From an uncultured Planctomycetota bacterium (lineage in GTDB: Bacteria > Planctomycetota > Planctomycetia > Isosphaerales > Isosphaeraceae), in assembly GCA_963823665.1 (NCBI GenBank), contig CAWGMQ010000007.1, forward strand, positions 960,001 to 1,024,000: DNA of 64,000 nucleotides, in the 5' to 3' direction. Both the position numbers and the translations under genes were made by a program. Within the stretch, counting starts at the first letter, position 1; the number at the start of each line of letters is the position of its first letter. The notes beneath the pieces were generated by a model that was not told where the DNA came from, did not search any database, and saw only the letters and a program-made list of their open reading frames with translations. Shown piece by piece: positions 58,789-64,000 of the stretch.

Positions 58789-59958
58789 ATGCTCATCTTA
58801 GCTTTTGATCAATCGCTCGATCATGCTTCAAGCGGCCGCCTGCCGGACTGCCCTGGATCCCCGAGGTCCTGGGCGCGTGCGGCTCGGATGGCTGCGGCGA
58901 TCCTCGTCGCAGGCATTTTCGCGGGCGGCAGTGCGGCAGCCCAGACGGCGGACCGACCGAAGGCGATCGATGGTTTCGGCGAGGCGCGTCGCGGCGACAT
59001 CCCGGAGGGGACAGCCGAGCTGATGACGAGCGATACGGACAAGACGATCAAGAACGGTCTGGCCTGGCTGGCGCGGAGCCAGAATTCGGATGGATCGTAC
59101 GGTGCGGGTACGTATCGCGGCAACATCGCGGTGACGTCGCTCGCGGCGCTGGCGTTCATGGCCTCGGGCTCGAGCCCCGGACGCGGGCCGTACGGATCAC
59201 AGATCGACAAGGCGCTCGTGTATGTGATGGACAACACTTCGCCGTCGGGCTTCATCGCGGTGGCGGCTTCTTCGACGCATGGTCCGATGTATTCACATGG
59301 ATTTGGCACGTTGTTCCTGGCGGAGGCCTACGGGATGACGCATCGGCCGGAGATCCGGGAGAAGCTGCAGAAAGCGGTGCGGCTGATCATCGACTGCCAG
59401 AACGTGGAAGGGGGCTGGAGGTATCAGCCGCGGCGCACGGATGCGGACCTGTCGGTGACGATCTGTCAGATCAATGCGCTGCGAGCGGCGCGGAATGCGG
59501 GACTGTATGTTCCCAAGGAAACGGTCGCGGCGTGCATCGGGTATGTGAAGCGGTCGCAGAATCCGGACGGAGGGTTCCGGTACATGCTGCAGGGAATTGC
59601 GACCTCGGAGTTTCCGCGCTCGGCGGCGGGAGTGGTGGCGCTTCAGTCGGCGGGGGAGTACGATTCCAAGGAGGTGCGTGACGGCATCGCCTATCTGAAG
59701 CATTACACGCAGGGGTTCCGGCCGGCGCGGCGGAATCATCATTTCTTCTACGGCCAGTATTACGCGGCCCAGGCGATGTGGTTGTTCGGGGGGAGCGAGT
59801 GGACGGAATGGTACACGGCGATCCGGGACGATTTGATCCGCCGGCAATCGCCGGGGGGTTACTGGCAGGACCCGGGGGTGTGCAACGAGTATGGCACAGC
59901 GATGGCCCTCATCATCTTGCAGATTCCCAATGATTATTTGCCGATCTTTCAGCGGTAG
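58789..59958 (+). CDS. Exported prenyltransferase/squalene-oxidase repeat protein, paralog 2 (start may be 58888)
   Basis: Same motifs as paralog 1; identical C-terminal YLPIFQR. Confidence 0.9.
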   Translation: MLILAFDQSLDHASSGRLPDCPGSPRSWARAARMAAAILVAGIFAGGSAAAQTADRPKAIDGFGEARRGDIPEGTAELMTSDTDKTIKNGLAWLARSQNSDGSYGAGTYRGNIAVTSLAALAFMASGSSPGRGPYGSQIDKALVYVMDNTSPSGFIAVAASSTHGPMYSHGFGTLFLAEAYGMTHRPEIREKLQKAVRLIIDCQNVEGGWRYQPRRTDADLSVTICQINALRAARNAGLYVPKETVAACIGYVKRSQNPDGGFRYMLQGIATSEFPRSAAGVVALQSAGEYDSKEVRDGIAYLKHYTQGFRPARRNHHFFYGQYYAAQAMWLFGGSEWTEWYTAIRDDLIRRQSPGGYWQDPGVCNEYGTAMALIILQIPNDYLPIFQR

Positions 59959-60004
59959 GAGTTGTTAGTGGTCGGTTGTCGGGGTCAGTCGTCAGGTTAA
60001 CTCG

Positions 60005-61237
60005 GTGGAGGTGGGCGTGCGGTTTGTGGCTTGGTTGTTGTTGTTGTTGTTGTTGTTGTTCGCGGCGGGTGCTGCTCCGGTGGCGGGTGGGGGGACAGCG
60101 CAGCCAGATCCGAGCTTCACTGCGCTCTTGCTTGACGGGCGCACGGAGAGTGGCCGGCTGGTGTCGCTGGGGCCGGGGGTGATCACGCTGGCTTCCGCGG
60201 AGGGGGCCAAGCACGAGCTGCCGCTCGAGCGAGTTTTCAAATTGACTCGCGAGGCGGCGGAGACGGTTGTTCCGCTCGATCGTTCGATGGTGATCCTGCC
60301 GGAGGGTGATCGTCTGAGGCGGCTCGCGCTGGGGTCTGCGACGGAGACGGCGCTCGAGGTGCAGTCGGACGCTCTGGGCAAGTTGTCGATTCCGCTCGAG
60401 GCGCTCTTGGGCTGGATCACGGTCGAGCCGCGTCTGCGTGACGACGTGGACGCGATCTGGGACCGGGTGCGGACCGAGCCACGCAAGGACGAGGTGGTGT
60501 GGCTTTCGAACGGCGACAGGCTCTCGGGGGGCTTTCTGGGGTATGACCGGGTGCTCAAGCTGCTGTGCGACGGCAAGCCGCGCGAGATCGACCCAGCGCG
60601 GATCGTGGCGGTTGGCTTTGATGCGTCGCTGGTTCAGTATCCGCGGCCGAAGTCGGGATTCCTGGAATTCTTGCTGCACGACGGGACGCGGTTCGGCGCG
60701 ATTGACGGCCGGATCGACCAAGGCAACGTCGAAGCGACTGCGCGGTTCGGTGGAAAGGTGCGGTTTCCGCTGGGCGAGCTGATCGGGGTGTACGTGAGAA
60801 GTGCATCATACGAGTATCTTAGCGAGCGAAAACCGGTGAAGGCGAGTTATTCTGCGTACGTCGGCCCGACGCGCGAGTACCGGCTCGACCGGATGGTCGA
60901 CGGCCATCTGATCGAGCTGGCCGGTCAAACGTATGACCGGGGAATCGGGACGCAGAGCCGAACCTTGCTGGCCTACCGCATCCAGGAGGGCGATCGGCGA
61001 TTCCAGGCGCGGGTGGGGGTGGATGAGCGCGCCGGGCCGGCCGGGAGCGTGGTCTTCCGGGTGCTGGTCGATAAAGAGCAGCGCTACCAGAGCCCGCCGC
61101 TCTCGCATCGTGACGCGCCTCAGGCCATCGACGTGGATCTCGCCGGTGGTAAGTTCTTGATTCTGGATACCGATTTCGGCGAACGAGGCGACATCCGCGA
61201 TTTTGCCGACTGGGCTGAAGCTCGGATCGTGCGGTAG
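60005..61237 (+). CDS. Exported NPCBM/NEW2 domain protein
   Basis: Signal peptide; L.NGD.L.G repeats; YLSE..P; YDRGIGTQS..L.Y......F.A.VGVD......GSVVFRV.VD...DFADWAEAR. Confidence 0.88.
   Translation: MEVGVRFVAWLLLLLLLLFAAGAAPVAGGGTAQPDPSFTALLLDGRTESGRLVSLGPGVITLASAEGAKHELPLERVFKLTREAAETVVPLDRSMVILPEGDRLRRLALGSATETALEVQSDALGKLSIPLEALLGWITVEPRLRDDVDAIWDRVRTEPRKDEVVWLSNGDRLSGGFLGYDRVLKLLCDGKPREIDPARIVAVGFDASLVQYPRPKSGFLEFLLHDGTRFGAIDGRIDQGNVEATARFGGKVRFPLGELIGVYVRSASYEYLSERKPVKASYSAYVGPTREYRLDRMVDGHLIELAGQTYDRGIGTQSRTLLAYRIQEGDRRFQARVGVDERAGPAGSVVFRVLVDKEQRYQSPPLSHRDAPQAIDVDLAGGKFLILDTDFGERGDIRDFADWAEARIVR
60035..60058 (+). repeat. (TTG)8 microsatellite encoding poly-Leu in the signal peptide
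   Basis: Eight consecutive TTG codons. Confidence 0.9.
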
Positions 61238-61354
61238 ACGCTCAAGCGGTGCGAGAGGCGTGCGCACGAGCTGCTTCTTTGCCGGTTGCCTTTTATCGTC
61301 ACTTCTCACAGGCGGCCCTTGCGGCCGTGAAGACCATGGCGGGAGCGAGTAAGA

Positions 61355-62100
61355 GTGGCGCCCGATTCGAGCGATCGGCTGATCGAGCTTGCTCATCTTT
61401 CGTCGGCGGTGGGGCATTACTTGATCAATGCTTATAGTGCGACGGTGAGCAATGCGGAGCTGATTCGCTCGCCCCTGGTCCGGGCGACGGATGTGAGGGA
61501 ACAGGCAGTGCTTGCGAGCTCGATCATCGAGACGGCGCTGCTATGCCTCGAGTGTGGCACGGAAGTTGATCGATCGGGCGCGAAGCGACGGGTGCGCTCG
61601 AGCTTTATGAGGCGAGCGGTGAACCTCGGTACGTGGATTTGAATCAACTGGTGGGTGAGCTGGTTGAACGCGAGCGGCGCTCGGGTGAAGCGGGCATCGA
61701 TTGGCGAATCAACCCGGGTGCGATCCCAGCGATTGCCGGGGACCGACAGCAGCTCGGGGCGATGCTCGAACGATTTGTGCAGAATGCGAAAGAATCGCTG
61801 CCGGGGGGTTCCGGAACGATCGACATATCGACGAGCGTCGACTCTCGAGGCTGGGTGGTCCTCACGATCGGCGACTCAGGGAGCGGGATGAGCCAGGAGG
61901 TCCAGCGGCGAGCAGGCGAGCCGTTCTTCACTACGAAGGATGGACACGCGGGCGTCGGGTTGACGATCGCACAGCTTATCTGGCGGAGGCACCGGGGTGC
62001 GTTTTCGATCGAAAGCTCTCCGGGCGCCGGAACCCGGGTGCGACTGTCGATCCTACCGTCTGTGAGCGTCCCTGAACAGTCGACGAGACCAAAGGCATGA
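61355..62100 (+). CDS. Sensorless histidine-kinase-like protein (HisKA-like helix plus HATPase_c; frameshifted near 61540-61630)
   Basis: LSSAVGHYLINAY H-box-like segment; FVQNAKES, IGDSGSGM, EPFFTTK..HAGVGL, SSPGAGT. Confidence 0.75.
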
Positions 62101-62705
62101 TCGTGATCATCGACTATGGAATGGGAAACCTGAGGAGCGTGCAGAAGGCGATCGAGGCGGTGGGCTCGGCTGCCCTGATCACCTCCGACGCGGCACGGGT
62201 GCGGCAGGCGCGGAAAGTGGTGCTGCCGGGGGTGGGTGCGTTTTGCGACGCGATGGCGGAGCTGCGGAGGACGGGACTCGGTGAGGCATTCTGCGAGGCC
62301 GTGCGGGCGGGCAAGCCATGTTTGGGGGTGTGCCTGGGGTTGCAGCTCCTGTTCGAGAAGAGCTACGAAGACGGCGAGCACGAAGGCTTGGGCCTGCTGC
62401 CGGGTCACGTCGAACGGTTTGCTTCGCGCCCGGGTCTCAAGATTCCGCACATGGGTTGGAACACGTTGCGAATGCTCAAGCCGGTGCCTCTGCTGGCGGG
62501 TCTTGGTCCGGATCTCTCGGTTTATTTCGTACACTCGTACCATGCGGTACCGGAGAACCGAGAGCACGTGGCGGCCGAAGCCGACTATCCCGACCCGTTC
62601 CCGGCGATCGTCTGGCATGAGAACCTGATGGCCTGTCAATTTCATCCGGAGAAGAGCCAGTCGCTGGGGCTGGCGATGTATGCGAATTTTGTGGGGATGG
62701 AGTGA
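62097..62705 (+). CDS. hisH: Imidazole glycerol phosphate synthase subunit HisH
   Basis: IIDYGMGNLRSV, LPGVGAF, GVCLGLQLL, IPHMGWN, YFVHSY, CQFHPEKS. Confidence 0.98.
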   Translation: MIVIIDYGMGNLRSVQKAIEAVGSAALITSDAARVRQARKVVLPGVGAFCDAMAELRRTGLGEAFCEAVRAGKPCLGVCLGLQLLFEKSYEDGEHEGLGLLPGHVERFASRPGLKIPHMGWNTLRMLKPVPLLAGLGPDLSVYFVHSYHAVPENREHVAAEADYPDPFPAIVWHENLMACQFHPEKSQSLGLAMYANFVGME

Positions 62706-62793
62706 GGGTGGATGTTGCGCGGTGTAACCGGAGCTATCGGCATAATCGACGGGCCCGTCCGTGATTCATTGCAGGAAAATGCCGGCAAAAATC

Positions 62794-62920
62794 AAAAGTG
62801 CCGTCAGGCGTAACCTTGGAGTGTGTCAAGACTTGCTTCAATTCCCCGGAAAAGCTGAAAATGGTGCCGTCAGCGGTAAGTCCAATGCCTGTAAGGCGCT
62901 GACGGCATGACGGCACTTTT
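62794..62920. repeat. Nested perfect inverted repeats built on TGCCGTCA
   Basis: AAAAGTGCCGTCA (62794-62806) pairs with TGACGGCACTTTT (62908-62920); TGCCGTCAGCG (62865-62875) pairs with CGCTGACGGCA (62897-62907). Confidence 0.8.
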
Positions 62921-63057
62921 GGGGGGTAAGCGGCGCTGTGTGCGGGGGGAGAGGGGCTGGCAGGAGTGTCGGCCCGGCGCTGTCTAAATGGCTTTCCGTG
63001 ATTCCGGGATGGCGATTCGCCCGGGCATTGCCCACCGGCGTAGCCAGTGGCACGCAT

Positions 63058-63168
63058 CCAGAACTTTCAGCGGGCGGCACACGGAGTTGTGCCTGCTACC
63101 AGAACTTTCAGCGGGCGGCACACGGAGTGTGCCTGCTACACCAGAGCACTGGCAACGTCAGTGCCACC
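63058..63168 (-). repeat. Tandem GTAG-type REP-like units (two ~40-bp copies) plus a GCACTG..CAGTGCCAC hairpin
   Basis: CCAGAACTTTCAGCGGGCGGCACACGGAGT(T)GTGCCTGCTA at 63058 and 63099. Confidence 0.85.
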
Positions 63169-63322
63169 TACCGCCGTCACATGATCGTGCAATGTTATTC
63201 GGGCCGACAGGAGTATCGGCCCCACCGCGGCGGACCATGGTCTGGCGACGGGTGCATCAGTTCGGTTAAGTTATGATGTCAAAACGCGGACAGAGCGGTT
63301 CTCCATGACAGGAAACTCCGTG

Positions 63323-64000
63323 ATGGAAGCCTATTTGAGAGTTACCTCGGGGCCGGACGCGGGGCGCACGATCAACCTGAAAGAGGGAGTGAAGCTCACT
63401 ATCGGGCGAGGCGAGAAGTCGGATACGCGGCTCACTGATCTGTCCATGTCGCGGCTTCACTGCGAGCTGACCTGGGAGAACGGCAAGTTCCATCTTGTCG
63501 ATCTGAACAGCGTCGGTGGAACGATGGTGGAAGGGAACCAGATCCAGGAATGCGATGTGAAGCACGGGCAGGAGATTCAAATCGGGGGCACGCGGCTCAA
63601 GCTGCATACGACGGGTATTCCCGATGCCCATACGCTGGTCGCGGCGCAAAAGCCGGCGCGAGAGCTCAAGGCCGACGAGGGGGTGCTGACGGGCAAGAAG
63701 GTGTCGAATTACGAGATCGGGGCGCTGATCGCGAAGGGCCGGACCGGCACAGTTTACAAGGGGCGCGATGCGCGTGACGGCAAGGAGGTGGCCGTCAAGG
63801 TGCTGCATTCGGACTTCACGAGCGATGAGGAGGACGTGCAGCGATTCGTGCGGGCGATGACGACCGTGTGCGAGCTCAAGCACCCGAACCTGGTCGCACT
63901 CTACGGCGCTGGTAAACAGGGCGATACATGCTGGCTGGCGATGGAATACGTCGACGGGGAGCCGCTCACCAAGGTGATCGAACGGATCGGCACGCTGAAC
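63323..64000 (+). CDS. FHA-domain serine/threonine protein kinase (runs off the window end)
   Basis: TIGRG....RLTDLSMSRLHC...VDLNSVGGT (FHA); YEIGALIAKGRTGTVYKG...VAVKVL...LKHPNLV.LY..G....LAMEYVDG. Confidence 0.93.
   Translation, partial: MEAYLRVTSGPDAGRTINLKEGVKLTIGRGEKSDTRLTDLSMSRLHCELTWENGKFHLVDLNSVGGTMVEGNQIQECDVKHGQEIQIGGTRLKLHTTGIPDAHTLVAAQKPARELKADEGVLTGKKVSNYEIGALIAKGRTGTVYKGRDARDGKEVAVKVLHSDFTSDEEDVQRFVRAMTTVCELKHPNLVALYGAGKQGDTCWLAMEYVDGEPLTKVIERIGTLN

Noticed and set aside
57662..59958. Squalene-hopene cyclase genes or a DGR template/variable pair
   Set aside because: Too short, exported and lacking DxDD; the differences between copies are not confined to adenines.

Overview
GC-rich bacterial DNA that looks like Planctomycetota, probably Isosphaeraceae-like (an inference from DUF4058, the LEPR-XLL-type leader, M56/BlaI, the MoxR-DUF58-BatA operon and an FHA-Ser/Thr kinase). 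Many ordinary genes carry single-base frameshifts, most simply explained as long-read consensus errors, so I joined fragments into single genes. Layout: (1) 1-8 kb is a mobile mosaic with the 3' end of a group II intron, DUF4058, truncated gene pieces, an atypical IscU, an LRR protein and two HUH/Y1 (RAYT-like) transposase genes; (2) 8-22 kb holds a secreted BNR-propeller protein, sialidase-like/MFS/AzgA genes, PTS enzyme I, patatin and a macro-domain gene; (3) 22-32 kb is a Rieske/split cytochrome b operon with an 8-heme cytochrome c and two cupredoxin-like exported proteins; (4) 32-41 kb holds CbrC, a membrane-fused spermidine-synthase-like gene, BlaI/M56 and a repeat-invaded ORF; (5) 41-61 kb is a PQQ-propeller-MoxR-DUF58-VWA-VWA-coiled-coil operon ending in two prenyltransferase-repeat paralogs and an NPCBM protein; (6) a sensorless kinase, hisH and an FHA-kinase close the window. 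The most unusual signal is a ~20-nt motif (approx. CAAGGGAWTCCAGACACCCA). It brackets the RAYT-like gene in inverted orientation, delimits a ~155-bp mini-element and sits at the breakpoints of truncated gene fragments. A related GACACC-core hairpin flanks a 3.4-kb two-gene block as an exact 24-nt direct repeat. Together these suggest HUH-nuclease-driven DNA capture or shuffling, which remains a hypothesis.
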